Shown piece by piece: positions 49,303 to 63,749 of a stretch of DNA of 64,000 nucleotides. The notes below the pieces were generated by a model. The model was not told the origin of the DNA, did not search any database, and was given only the letters and a program-made list of their open reading frames with translations. A program made the position numbers and the translations under genes. Origin of the DNA: Octopus sinensis (Eukaryota); NCBI RefSeq assembly GCF_006345805.1, contig NC_043004.1, forward strand, positions 47,678,001 to 47,742,000, written 5' to 3'. The first letter of the stretch is position 1. The number at the start of each line of letters is the position of its first letter.

Positions 49303-51119
49303 TACCAGTTCTTCATTTCTTTTGATATGCTACATTTAAACAACCATGTGAATCGTAGCGCTGACTTTAAAATATGTTGTATTTGTTAGTGGCATAATTA
49401 TTATTATTGGTTTAGTGCTGCTGTGCAAAACCGCTATCATTCAAATGGCAGGCCACCATCAGAACTACTAAATTTACTCACAGCGTCTATCATCAATTAG
49501 CGTAATAACACTGACATTCCACTTACATCCGTTGCACAAAAATAAACGAATGCCTCTTTTGATTTTTGCAACAGAGATCTTTATTAATGCTAATCGTAAC
49601 CGTCTTAAAAGCTTCCTCTACTTTCCAGGTCAGCAGAATATACCAAGATCTATTTCCGAAATTATTCTGTTACTCAGGAAGAAATTAAAAAAAAAAACGA
49701 CAACTTTACTGGCTCGATGTTTCAAAATCGCATAAAGGAGTGAAAACAACGACCTCAATCAACAATGTCATTATTACATAGACCTCATAATTGATTTACT
49801 CTTTTAACTAGCCAGTTTCAGGAAGCGTAGTGAATACAATAGAAGCTATAGATTTTATAGTTTACAACAAAGCAGGAATTTTTTATTGATATTTTAATGT
49901 CATATGTGAAGCAGAGGATGTCAATGAAAGCTGGGAATCTCCATGGTGGTTAATTTGCAAGAGAAATAATATATAGTGGAATCAAGTATTTTATCAAACA
50001 CGTTAGTATTCTATAGAATTGTTTGTTTTCTACACTATTTACGGCAAGTAATTAAGACTCTAAGACATAGCATTGCCTTTTGTTTAAAATAACACGGTTG
50101 GGGAAAACAGATGAAGAATTTTGAAACAGCTTGCTCATTAATAGATGAAAGCTTTATTTTTATTTTTCAGTCGAGAAACATTACAAAAGTTCATCTTCTA
50201 GGCCGCGAGGGAAACAGTACAATATTGAAACAAAGCCAATGATTTCAGTTCAGTAAGGCATTTTACATGCTATGCATTACTAAATCGATAACTATAAAGT
50301 ATTTCATTGTCAACCATTGAAACGGATTTAATGCATAGCTTCTGAATGTTTATCAATACTTCCCACGTTTTAGGCATATATTATCGATGTGTCGTTCTTA
50401 GAAATGGAAAGTTATAAATAACATTTTAAAATTGTATATTACTTGGTTAAAAATTCTTTGATATACGATGTTCACAAGGAATCAGAAATTTTACTTTCTA
50501 AACCAGCATTGATCTCGAATATTATAACTTAGGTGTAGGCTTTTAGGTTCGTACAAGGCATGATACATCACAAACAGCTGTTACATATAATTTACAAATG
50601 GTATCGTACAACATGGAAATAGTTTACACCAAATAATGCAGTGTATTGAATGATACAATTTTAAATTTCTGTCAACATACTATATTACTAGTGTATTACA
50701 CAATCTGTGGAAAATAAAATGCATAGCATACAAGTATACATTTTTTTTTATTTCACTGGGAAAAAAATAACAATTCATATACAGCAGTATTATATTCCTT
50801 TCAATTCATATTTGTATTTTCCTGACATTTACTTCGTCAATCCTGCAAAATTTAAAGGCGCGATTATATCACTGGAGTTTAATTCTATTATCAGTGATAT
50901 TCTGTAATATAAAATAAATTATTCATACTGGAGTCACAATATTACTTTCTATCTTTGGCGAAAATCGTAGATTTATATGCTAATGGTTTAAATGCTTTTA
51001 GTTATAGCGGTTAACTGCTAACAAATATTATTGATAACACTGTATAACGACTACTATTTCCTATGAAAGTATGAAAAATGACTAATATTTCCTTCAAGCT
51101 TTACTTGTATATTTATTCA

Positions 51120-51273
51120 AACCCTAAAGCTCTTAACACATGGCTGCGGTTCTTCTCCACTACTTCTGATCGTTATCAGAGATACACAAATTGTCGGCCT
51201 TTTGGGGACATGCTCCAGTGGCTAAGATCAAGCAACTGATAAATAAATCTGTGTTGTTGAGTAGAATATTTGC
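51120..51273 (-). mobile_element. Old fragment of the 43-44 kb retroposon family
   Basis: aacacatggct...ccactacttctg.tcgt.atcagagat.cac...gggacatgctc...agaatatttgc. Confidence 0.65.
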
Positions 51274-51702
51274 AATAACGATATTTCTGCTTCAGCAATT
51301 GAGCACTGAATCTGTCTGAAATGTAAACGAAAATGGGTTGGTTTCAAAATATTGATGTGCAGGTCACAAAAGCAAAGCCTGAAGTAAATAGTAGTCATTT
51401 CCTTTGAATTCAAGATAGTAAATAATGGTTGCTGACCACAAGACCAAAAGAAAATATTAAAACACATGGTAATCAAAGAGAGATATCTCAGGTGTAATTC
51501 AGACTTGAGTACAGAGGAAAGAAACACAACAACGAATTTACCTCTAACGTTTCTTCCAATTCACTGACATTTGTGTGTGGCAAGAGACATTTAAAATATT
51601 GTCTACGAAACTATGCGGATCGCTGCTTGTTAGCCCCAGGCCAAACCTTATTGAACAAACTCATGACGAAACGGATTCCAACCGCAACCAAGCCTTTCTA
51701 TG

Positions 51703-51995
51703 AGTAACATGGCCCAGTGGTGAAAGTGTTGCACTCATGATCGCGAGATTTATGGTTTCAAATCCTAGACTGTGTGGTGCGTTGTGTTCTTGAGCAAAGC
51801 ACTTTATCTCCCGTTGCTCAGTAATCACTTCGACACCTGACACGTGATACACCGCACACCTGTTCAGGTAACGTAGATTTGATGGAGAAAGTGAGCTAAT
51901 GTACAGTGCATACGTTTGATCACTATGATCAAATCATTTGCGCAGATAGTTCGGCAAAAAATACTCATATGTCGTTTCCGCCGGGAGAATCCATC
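51703..51995 (+). mobile_element. tRNA-derived SINE (family D)
   Basis: A box TGGCCCAGTGG, B-box-like GGTTTCAAATCC, then gttgtgttcttgagcaaagcacttta. Confidence 0.7.
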
Positions 51996-54900
51996 ATTAT
52001 TTAACATTATTTACATTTCCTTAATCAGGGTGTTTGGATATGAATAAAGAAATTCTCTTCAATAAGTGGCAACTTGATTTTCTCCAAAATGTATTGAGAT
52101 TTTCATTGATAGTGCAGAACCTAAATTTCAGTGGCGGGAAATCCCATTGTTCAGTATACGTGGACGTTTAATATACAGTAAATTATTATATTATTCGTTG
52201 CAAGCAAAAATTATATTACATACGCAATCGGTAGTTTGCTATTCCATAAAAGCGTGACATAATTTCTGGTAATATTGTAGTGGGTGTTGGCCCAATTCGG
52301 CAGCTTGTGTCACGTGACATCAAGAAGCAATGCAAACTAATGTTTCGTTAAGCTTGCATTTTGAAGTATTTTCTATTCCCATTGACACCCCCTATTTATC
52401 CAACCCTGTGTACTAATAGCAATCGGTATAACAATCTCACACACCTCCATTAGTATAATTGAAACTGCATCACTTTATACTAAATTGCAAAGTACAAATT
52501 TTTTCACAGAAACCGTAGAAAATATCAAACTATAACACATGTCTCAAAATGGCAGTTATCATTATTGACCTGAAGTTTCACATTTAATTTTTCCTAATGT
52601 ACTAAAGGAATAGGATAAATGAACTAGCTGGCAAAATACTTAGACTACCGATTCACGAGTTGTTTTTTCTTTAGGTAAAACTACTAACACTGATTTGTTG
52701 TATACTCAGGTCAATTAACCTACATGTAGAAAACCGGTACCAGTATTCAGAAAACGTTCTTATACTTGCTTCCTATATGAAGACATCATCAGGAAACTAC
52801 ATCACCGCCGCATTCCTTCCCTCGGGAAATCTACAGATATTCCATTAACATCACCATAATGTAATGAACTTGGCGAGAACGTATTTGTATTGAAGCGTAC
52901 ATCTGTGGATTCGAGCATCTTAGGATACGAGAATGATACTGCGAGAAACAAAATAATGTTTTATCCGCATCGTTCACTTACGCGCATTAAAGTTTGAGTT
53001 TCACTCATAATTATTCTAATTTTACGTCAAAATATTACTTACTAACGTTGTGGAAACGCTACAACCTTAAATTCCATTAAAATATACATAAGGCTTATCA
53101 TTTGAAACATTAAACAATACAGACAAAAGGCCGTGTGTTTCTAGTAATCTGTGTGTGTATAAATATATATCACTCAAACAAGTTTCCTCCCATATGAAAT
53201 AATTATAGCAACACTGTTTTTGTTTTTTCTCTTTTCTTTTGCAATAATAGAAGTGAAATAATGCAATGGTTTTTGATCCTCCCTTGCATTTTTCGTTCAA
53301 ATGAAAATCAGTATTATTTAAGTCAATACCGTAATTATGTTTCTGAAACTAATCATGATTTCGGTGTTGTAGGGGAGAAATGTAGTTTGTTCTATTTTTT
53401 TTATATTTAGTTAAGTTTCTTTTATGGAAAAGGAAAAAGAAAGAAATAATTGTTGGGGTTTGTTTTAGACATCACATTTTTTAAACAAAATAAAATATAT
53501 TGAACCATTTTCCGAAAATATTTCATAAACTAAAACAAAATTTTTCAAACAAAACATTTAATTTGATAACATTCCAAACGCAATAGCACTAATTACATCT
53601 TTGAAATCATTTTCTAATTGTTCGATGACTTCAGAATTGATTTCATTCCCAGCACTACCGCCAAATGTTTGCCCATTATAACAATGCAAGCAATAACCCC
53701 ATCAGAAATGATACTTCGAAGAACAAAACCTCTATTACCATGGTGACAGTTGTTGCCAATGGCCTACTAAAAGAAAGCAAGACAAGAACTTTAACAAAGC
53801 GAACAGACATTAAAGTTAATATTTTTAAAAATTTATAGCTGGGTTTTACAAAAAATAATGTCGATACTATTTAAGAAAACAAAAAATAAAAATGACCAGA
53901 AAAGTTATTAACATCATAACAAGAAATAAAGGGAGTTTAATTTGAATGCGTGAATAGCTACATCTATTAATGAATTATACTTTGGAAACCAATCGAAACA
54001 AAGGGTCGAAAACCTCCATTGAAAATAGATTTCAAATAAAAAGATTCCCAATATATAAATAATTTTGTGTGTCCACCTCTACACCTATAGGTAAAAAGAA
54101 AATATAAAATACATGTTAAGCCTCCTGTATGCATCAACATAAATCTGTAAGCTTTCAATAAGATGAATTAGCTTCATTGCTTTATTTACGATTCTATGAA
54201 TTTTAGTTGGCAGATGGGAACGCAGTAATGGCTGTGTGTTTCAAAAGTTCACTTTGAGATACCGGTATTCTAAATTCAATCATACACTTCATCTCTTTCA
54301 GCAAATATACACCTTCGCATTGACTGTCAAACTTGAGCGAAGTTTACTGTGCAGAAACCTACCGTGTAAATTTGTATGTATATGTGTGTATGTGCGCGTG
54401 TGTCTGTGTCTGTGTGTGTGAAAGTATGTGTATGAATACGTGCGCATACGTACATGTATGTATGTGTGGGAGGTGAGTAATCACAATTTTTAAGCACTTG
54501 AATTTTTCCTATAACGAAAGAAATGGTTTCTTGCAAAGAATAAAAACTATTCTTGGAGTTTTGATAACAAAAATGTGAAGTGTAACATTTAATTTAAATC
54601 TAAATTTGTGGATTGATAATCACAGTAGATAAAGTACTGGTTTTAAAGTCGGAATCCATAAATATGTTTCTTTTCACGCATGTCTGATCGTTAAGAACTT
54701 ACATGTTTGCTTTCTTTCCTGTCCCGGATAGTTTTTTTCTTTTTTATCGTCTGTTACATTTACACTTGGAAAATTTTGATGAAAATATTACCTTCGTAGA
54801 CTTTTTGAAGAGAATACACCTTGTGCAGATTTACATTTGTGTATTCAATAACAGAGATTTTTGTCTATGTTAATCCCAGAAGAGTATTTCCAGCGGATGG

Positions 54901-56639
54901 TATTGGTTATTGTCTTAACAGCAACGTCATGTTGAAATCGGTGATTGTGCCTTAGAATGACATTCTTGGTCACATATAATAACGTGCACAAAAGCAAGAC
55001 ATAATCAAAGTTAAAGTTTAAGGGATTCCTTTGTCCTTTATGTATTTGGTAACCAACTCCTCTTTTTGAATTCCTAACTCATGAACTTCAGAATGTTATG
55101 CAATATAGCAGTCATGAATCCAGGGGAAATTGAGAGCATTGTATACTAAAATACGCATCATCTTTAGTGTTTGTTTTTCTAATCATTTTGAAGGTATGCT
55201 TGTACAAAAATTACAGGTTGATCATCGGGAAGCGAGTATTTTCAAAATGTTCACTGCCAGCCTTTATAAAATTGTTCTTTTCATCCTGGGTTTATGAATT
55301 TATAACTTATGAAGCCATTGCTTCGATATATACGGGGTAAATGAGGTATCAAGATCCACAATTAGAATAAATATTCGTAGTATATGTGAAAGCAGAGCAG
55401 GATTTATAAAATGTAGTAGAATAATGAACTTTTTTTAAAAATAACAATTAAAACTACTGAACTCAACTCGCCTCATAGTATTTAATATTGCAACGGCGTA
55501 CAACATATGGGTTAGTTGCTAGGGGTATGCAATAAAGACATTCGGTTCAGCTGAGGAATCTAATTTATTAATTTGTCACTTTGGTTAATATGTTCGATCT
55601 ACACTCGATATGCACAATTTACATTGTCGTCCTCCTTTCATGTTGCATATATATGTACATATAATCAACCACACTCTTTCAGATTCCATATTTTTATCTG
55701 CGAGTATACATAAAAATCCAACAAATAAAATTAAATTAAAGTTAACTTTAATATATGCTTAAAATTATTTTTGAGACGAAGCGCCTACATACATATGCAA
55801 CTTGTCGAGAACATGCACATAGCATTTGTAAATAAAATATATTCTAATGCATCGGTCACTGAGCGGTCAAAGAGGTTTATTCCTACAGTTACAAGAATTA
55901 GGTTTGTAAAACCTTTTATGTATAATTACTACACCGCTACTACACCGCTTTTAGGTAGAATTACTACATCCATATGCTAGTGGTTTTATCCAGGTATATA
56001 TTACAGTTAGTCAGACTGTTCTAAATACCTTAGATACTGGGCTAATTTCGGATCTGTGTGCTCTTACAGAGACGACATAATTTTATGCAGTTAAATAAAT
56101 ATTGCTATATTTTCTACATTTTGTTGGAGTAAACTAATTTTACCGTAAATTGCTTGCCCAAAGACTGGAGTAATCCACCTGCAATATTATATACAATATA
56201 TTCTTTAAAGAAGAAGTTGAGCCACAACATAACTATCTTACATGATCTACTACATTTTCTAATATTGTTTTAACGTTCCATTTATGATCGAAAGCCAGGT
56301 AACCATTACCATTACTGATAGAGATATATAAATTATATTTAGAGAAGGTAATTTTCCATTAATTTTATTAGTGGTTCCTATTATAAACATTGATTTTTAC
56401 CACAGTCGCTGCTATTAATATTATCATCATCATTAATACTGCTAATGTGATTATAGTGTCTAAGTTAAGTGATACGGAGAAACCCTAAAAATCATAGTAT
56501 GAATGCAAATTCTGCTCATGTGAGGTGCAGAGAGACAATTCGATGTGTAAGAAAAATATTGTTTATTCATATTTCCCATCTACAATGGGACAATGGATGA
56601 GACTCATCAGTCCTACCACCACGAGTAAACCTTGAAGAC

Positions 56640-57750
56640 ATACATTTGAAGAACCTCATCTATTTAACCAGTACGAATTAAATGAGCTAGTGGGGAACTT
56701 GGGGCTCACAAACGATTCAGCAGAGATTTTAGGTTCCAGACTTAAATCCACGAATTTTTTTAGCTCCTCTCGCATCATTCAGTTGGTACCGGAACCACGA
56801 AAAAGGAATTGCTCCTTATTTTTTCCCATGAAAATAATTTGGTTTCTGGTACAGATCCATCAGAGCTTATAATTAAGTTTGTCATAAGTAACAACCCTGA
56901 AGAATGGGGACTCTTTATTGACAGATCAAAGAGAAATACTAAATCTCTTCTATTGCATAACGGTAATAAATATGCTTCCATCCGAGGTGGACAATCAGTG
57001 ATCACGAAGGAGATATGTGAGGATTTGGTGTCACTCATACACGATTAAATTCAAAGATCCCAACTCGTTTGTTTGCAGAGACTGGTAAGTAATTTGCAAT
57101 TTGCTTGGACAATAGTCAGGCTACACAACGTTCCCTTGTTTCTTGTGTAAATTGGTCAGTAAAGCCAGGAATCTCCATTGATCTAAAATTAATTGGGCAA
57201 CTACGAAAAAAGAACATCCTTCGAGGAAATTTTGTTCATTTGAAAAGGGTTCTTTTGCCTCCCCCTCAACTTTTAAAACTTAGACTGATGAAGCAATTTT
57301 TAAAAAGTTTTACCACAAGATGGAAAGGGTATCAAGTATTTGCGTAAGAGGTTTCCTATTACTTTGGATGTCAAAGTTGTGAAGGGTGTAATTTGTAGGA
57401 CAGATATAAGTAAACACTTCAAGGAAAAAAAAACTTTCAATGATCGCTTAGTGATTCTTGAAAAAAATTGCATGGATTAGTTTTAAAGATGTGATGAAGA
57501 ACTTCTTGCGTATTCGGAAGGATATGAACTGCAAAGATATAATGGAAAGAATGCTGGAATGGAAACGTTCGAGGCCTTAGGATTTAGGATTAAGTTCATT
57601 TCTTACATGCCCATTTCGATTTATTACCGAAAAATCTGGGGAATGTGAGAGAGAAGCAATGGGGAAATATTTCAGGACATAAAGGGAATGGAAAGAAGAT
57701 ATGAGAGAAAAAGGAATGTCAATATGATGACTGACTATTACTGGATGTAA
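56640..57750 (+). pseudogene. Decayed Chapaev3-like (CMC/Transib-related) DNA transposase
   Basis: Across frames: PHLFNQYELNELVGNLGL..SAEILGSRL; EWGLFIDRSKR..LLLHNGNKYASI; GYT.FPCFLC; VLLPP..LKLRLMKQF; AWISFKDVMKNFL; HFLHAH.D..PKNLGNV; QDIKGMERRY..NMMTDYYW. Confidence 0.75.
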
Positions 57751-58450
57751 TGTGAAGGTTAGTCAAGTACTTACAAAGAAGAGAGTTCCATGCTTAGTTT
57801 CTAAGTAAAAAGGAAGAGATTTTGAAGTGCTGCAACATGATGTGCTTCACTCTCTGATAACTTCCTTACTGGTTTCAGGGGCAAGTTGAAGTCAAGACAA
57901 CTAGACTTAAGTCGGAATGTTGTGAAATGTTGCATTATGTCCTTCGTGTATCACTGTGCCTTGTTCGCACTCCACAACGATTGCTGATCCGCACTCTTGC
58001 CCGTTATACCAATCATCTCGTGGTTTACCCCGCACAGTCCGCCGGGCCCGGTCTTTACATGGACAGATAAACAAGCCCTAGTTCACTGATGGAATGGGAA
58101 TTGTGAGCTAGCCTCACCGTGGTTTAGCTGCCTTATGAAAGCCATTTTCCGAGTTGTGGCTGCCGTTGCATACACAAAGCTTCGAGAAGTCATAGGTGTG
58201 AGCCTGGTGTTTTTTCAGAGTACCAAAGCGGACAAAATACACCGAAGAGAACCACATGTTCCCTCGTCAAGATACTATCCAACTAAGACACACCATACTC
58301 TCCAATCAACGTACAAAGGGGTTAACTTTATGGATCAATATTGCAGTATATTCATCACTCAGTGGAATAAAAATATCTTTTAGATGTGAATCCAAGAGCA
58401 ATTCATCCATAATACGAGTGTTCTACTTCAAGCATTCTGTTACAGATATT

Positions 58451-58664
58451 CTTTTCTACTCTAAGCACAAGGCCCGAAATTTTGGGGGAGGGGGCCAGTC
58501 GATTAGATCGACACCACTATGCAACTGGCACTTAATTTATCAGCCCCGAAAGAATGAAAGGCAAAGTCGACCTCGGCAGAAGTTGAACTCAGAACGTAGC
58601 GGCAGACAAAATACCGCTAAGCATTTCGCCCGGCGTGATAAAGGTTCTGCCAGTTCGCCGCCTT
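58451..58664 (-). mobile_element. SINE family A with 17-bp TSD
   Basis: TSD attct(g/a)ttacagatatt at 58434-58450 and 58665-58681. Confidence 0.9.
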
Positions 58665-59770
58665 ATTCTATTACAGATATTTTTTTATTATTCTCTTCTG
58701 TTACTGTTGAACAATATACAAATGAAATTTTAAAATAGAAAGATTCAGAGAATGAAATGGAATTCGTGGTTAGCACTCTTTCTTACTTCTCTTTCTTTTT
58801 CTCTCCCTTTCTTTCTCTCTCTTTCTCCCCTCTCCCCTCTCTCTCTCTATGCCTCTCTTTTACCTTAGTGATGAATTTTGTCTGTTATGAACTAAGAAAA
58901 AAAATATCCCTGGCCGTTTCATGTGCAATTATTAATTTGGTAAGTGTTCCCAATTTGAAAACCAATGCATTGAAATACCAGACACTCAGGTACTCGAGAC
59001 AATGCAGTACAGAGCTGAACGACACTTCCTTGTCCAAGTAGATGCAGTAATTAAATACGGGTGTTCATTATGTTTACCAGTGTTCTATCGTTATATCTGT
59101 ATAGTTCTTGAGCATTCAAATACCGGGCTTATTATCAATCAATTTACTTTTGTATGTGCTAAGTTCATTTACCTTTGCCAGTATAGCTGCATGGAAGTTT
59201 GGCGGCAACAAGCTAACTTACTCATGCTACAAAGCTAGAAGACTATTCATTTAGTGGTGGCCTTGTGACCAACTCAAATTTGACTTCCCATCCTAATATG
59301 TGTATTTGTTACGGTTGTTTTGAAAGTATTTTCCATGTGAATAACCTTAAACTATTTTTAGTTAAAAACCACAGACAGCTCTTACTAAACATGCATTTAT
59401 TTCCGAGAATCAGAAATGAAATTTAAATACGCATTAATATAATTACATGGTTATTCATGGATTTATAAAGAAAAATTTACCGTTGATATTTTTCAGTTAT
59501 TTCTGTTTTTCAAAAAACTTATACTATTTTTAGTAGAACATATTAAAATATCGACTACATTTACCAATCGAGCATTTATTACGCGGAAGCCAGAGAAAAT
59601 TTAAATACACATTAATATAATTACATAGTTATTCATGAGCTTATAAAACATTATTCTCTAATTTCTTTTCTCTTCTATATTTCTTTGCATTTATTTATTT
59701 TCATGAATGATACATTTAAAATTACTACAGAAATTATGAAAGGTTTAATGGACACCAACTGAGAAAAAGA

Positions 59771-59832
<62 letters not shown>

Positions 59833-60206
59833 TACATACATACATATACAGGTGTGTGTGTGTCACCGTGTGTGTGTGTATCAACGAGATGTATAGTCAA
59901 AATGAAATAATTGCTGTAAGAGGTTCCTTATGCAATAAATTAAATAATAGTCTCAAAGTGTGTTGAACATGAAGCAATATTAGATAGGCTGTTTCGTGTT
60001 ACAGTGTATATCTTGATGGTAAGTGGGCTTGACTCGGAAACATTAACTAGATGTTATAAAACAACATTCAGAGAGAATGTACCAAAATTCGATATTTTGG
60101 CGTTAAGTGGCTATGTCTCTAAATATGTATTGAAACATTTTTCTCAGAACAGTTCTTAACATGTAAATTGTGACAAGAATTGAAGGAGAAGAGAAAAATG
60201 AAGAGT

Positions 60207-60209
<3 letters not shown>

Positions 60210-60303
<94 letters not shown>

Positions 60304-60308
60304 CAGAC

Positions 60309-60386
<78 letters not shown>

Positions 60387-60406
60387 GTAAATAGGTAGAT
60401 AGGTAA

Positions 60407-60500
<94 letters not shown>

Positions 60501-60515
60501 TGCTAGATTGATAGG

Positions 60516-60560
<45 letters not shown>

Positions 60561-60580
60561 TGATAGATAGATAGATAGAT
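60210..60580. repeat. (GATA)n microsatellite
   Basis: Read directly. Confidence 0.9.
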
Positions 60581-60829
60581 GCCAACATTGAGACACAGGC
60601 GTATAGAAGTCTGACTAGACGATGGATGAATATACAGATAAGTATTCAGCTTAATTAATTACGTATATATTTTGGCAGCAGGTCTGCTAGATCAGAAATT
60701 GTGATAGTCTAAATAAAACAACAGAGAAAATTTACAAGTTATGATTTTGACCGAATCCTGTCGTTAGATAGTATATTGAATCCTAGATAGTATATTGTTC
60801 CTTTGTTGTGGTAGTTTTGATGTTGACAA

Positions 60830-60860
<31 letters not shown>

Positions 60861-61653
60861 GGTGGTGGTGGTGGTGGTGGCGGCGGCGGCGGTGGTGGTG
60901 GTGGTGGTGTTATTGGTGGTGGTGGTGGTTAGTATTACTGGGCACGGTGCTATTATTGTTGAGTACCAGATCAGCTTTGTGTATTCCAGCTTTGACGATA
61001 CTGATTTTTCTTTTCTCGTTTCTATAGCTACAATGTTCTTTAAGACGGTGGAGAATGATTAAAGGGTATTTGGATGCTGTTATCCCTAACGGTTCGAGTA
61101 AATGCAGGAAAGCTTCTTACAACATATCCGAAGGACCTAAATTTACAAACAGATTTACAGAGGATAAACAAATATAGGAGGCTAAATTTACCAACACAAA
61201 AACGGAGTAGAGACACCCCTTATATGAAATAGATTTTTAAAAAAATTTAAATCAACCATCTCACACACACACCTGTGTATTCTGTCATTAGCAACAACAA
61301 AACAAAGCTAAATAAATAAAAGCCAGCATCATTATTCTACATGCGTCATACAGAGATATGACAGCAGTGAAAACAAAAAAGACATTTACGAAACGAAGGG
61401 AGGATATATTTAATCTTTTATAAATATATCTTTTACATATTCAAGTCATTAGACTGCGACAATTCTGGCGCCACCTCCTTGAAAATTCTTATCAGTTTCT
61501 TTTTTCCAAGCCACTAAGTTACAGGGACGTAAACACAAAGACACCGGTTGTTAATTTGTGGTTGATGACAAACACAGACGAAAGTCTACACACAGACACA
61601 CACCCTCATATATCTATATATATATACACACACATATATATATACATACATGC

Positions 61654-61738
<85 letters not shown>

Positions 61739-62002
61739 GAGAGAGAGAGAGTGTGATGGATATGTATAAATACACATAGACAGATATATATGTGTGTGTG
61801 CGTTTGTTTGTGTGTGTAAGATCTAGGGATTGAGGTGAAGGAAGAAAGTTAACTTCGAGCAATCCGTAGTGAATCTTAAAAAAAAAACTTTCAGGAACAA
61901 TAGTGATTTAATGAGACAGAAGGTTGCTGATTTTTTTCTATTTTATCTAAGAACGATGAGCTGTAAAAAGTTGCCGAGTGTTCGACTAAGAATACAAGGA
62001 TA

Positions 62003-62212
62003 ACGGAATAGAGTATGTGAAATCCGGGTTACATATATTTCATTGCGAGTGGATCTTCAGGAGTGGTAAAATCGATGTCAGGTGCATAACGCCGAATACT
62101 CTTCAGGCTAAGGGTATATTGGGCGTTATACACCTCACTTATGTTTTAACACTTCTGAGGTTCCACTCGCAATGAAACATATGTAACCCGAATTTCCCAT
62201 ACAACATTCCGT
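62003..62212. repeat. ~210-bp imperfect hairpin (foldback/MITE-like)
   Basis: acggaat..gtatg.gaaat.cgggttacatat.tttcattgcgagtgga...aggtgcataacgcc pairs with ggcgttatacacct...tccactcgcaatgaaacatatgtaacccg...catac..attccgt. Confidence 0.8.
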
Positions 62213-62222
62213 AACGTGTGTA

Positions 62223-62279
<57 letters not shown>

Positions 62280-62485
62280 TTAATTGGAGGATATGTTAAC
62301 CTCGAGAAGGGATGATTGCAGCCAAGGAAATATTAGTTTAATACCTGTATTGTTGGGGAATGAAGTTCCCATAAAACAATAGGTATATATTAAGCACACA
62401 GTTTATATCCAACTCAAAGAAGAAACGCAAATGGTGAAATAGGGACTTAAGAATTATTTATTAATAACAAATTGGTCATCTTCGA

Positions 62486-62583
62486 TTCTTACATCCGTTT
62501 CAATTAATACTCAATAATTTAAATACAAATTTGTACATTAAATTTGCATTTATGTAAGATGAGCATAATTTCATCAGAGAGAA
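62486..62583 (-). ncRNA. Type I hammerhead ribozyme with extended stem II, in a second pseudo-LTR-like repeat (~62277-62880) abutting (TA)n
   Basis: Minus strand TCT-CTGATGA-AATTATGCTCA...TGAGTATTAATT-GAAA-C-GGAT-G-TA-AGA, with inner hairpin TAAATGCAAATTT/AAATTTGTATTTA. Confidence 0.75.
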
Positions 62584-63251
62584 AAAAGATGTACCTTGAG
62601 ATGTTATATGTGAACCTATCAATTCATTTCAGCAGATTATACATTATGGTTAAGGATTTGGATTTGTATTAGTATATGCTCGGATGAAGGGTTTACAGAT
62701 TGATCAGAATATGATTAGGGATAAAGTAAAGTAAATAAAACAAAAATAATATATCAAGTAAATATAGAGATAATTGGAGGAAAGATAAATATTAAGTATA
62801 TTTATAGTTAATAAAAAGTATAAAATATTCATTTATAAAGTATAGATAAAATTATAAGCAACATAGCGTTTATAATTTATGTCTAAATGTACTTCCTTTC
62901 TCTTGTATTTATGTGAATGTGTGCATACGCACACATACGTAAATTATCAAGGATATGGGTAGTATAGGTATATCTATATACGCATAAATGCACACATATG
63001 CGTAGGCATACATGAATACTTACGTATATATGATATAGATGATTGTATGTAAATAGATATATACGTATGTGTGTGTAACTGTAAATATGCATGTTCATAT
63101 ACAAGTGTGTGCAAGAGTGCGTGCAACAGTGTATCCATTTATAATCGCGTGCATATATTTTTGTGCGTGCGTGTGAGTGCTGCGATATATGTATGTATGA
63201 ATGTACTATTACTTATAATTGAAAGGCAGTTGAGTATATGTGTAACAATAC

Positions 63252-63317
<66 letters not shown>

Positions 63318-63684
63318 GTATGTATGCATGCATTTATGTATATACACACACACACATATATATACATAAGCAGATAGAGAGAGAAAGAGAGAAGGGAAGG
63401 TGGAAGGTGTTGACATTTTTCAGTTTTATATATTTTTCATATAGCCTTCCTAATCGAGTTTTCGTTTTAGCCGCATAAGTGTCTGTGAAAATTAACAGAT
63501 GTTATTGATAAAAATAAGGCAATAACTTATGGGATTTTAAAAACCCATTCGTCCATGAGGCAATGCTTGTAGCATAGTAAGATCGGAGACACATGCACAC
63601 GAACACATATGCTGTGCGTTGAAGAATTTCGCTTGGCAATTACTTGGTTGCGAGTTCATGCCCAGTGAACTTTGGAATCCCTCC

Positions 63685-63749
<65 letters not shown>

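Noticed and set aside
54700-55400. Possible decayed transposase or other coding relic
   Set aside because: No recognisable motifs in the frames I read; BLASTX would be needed.
57840-58330. GC-richer block resembling an RTE-type LINE 5' UTR
   Set aside because: No coding motif or second copy in the window to support a call.
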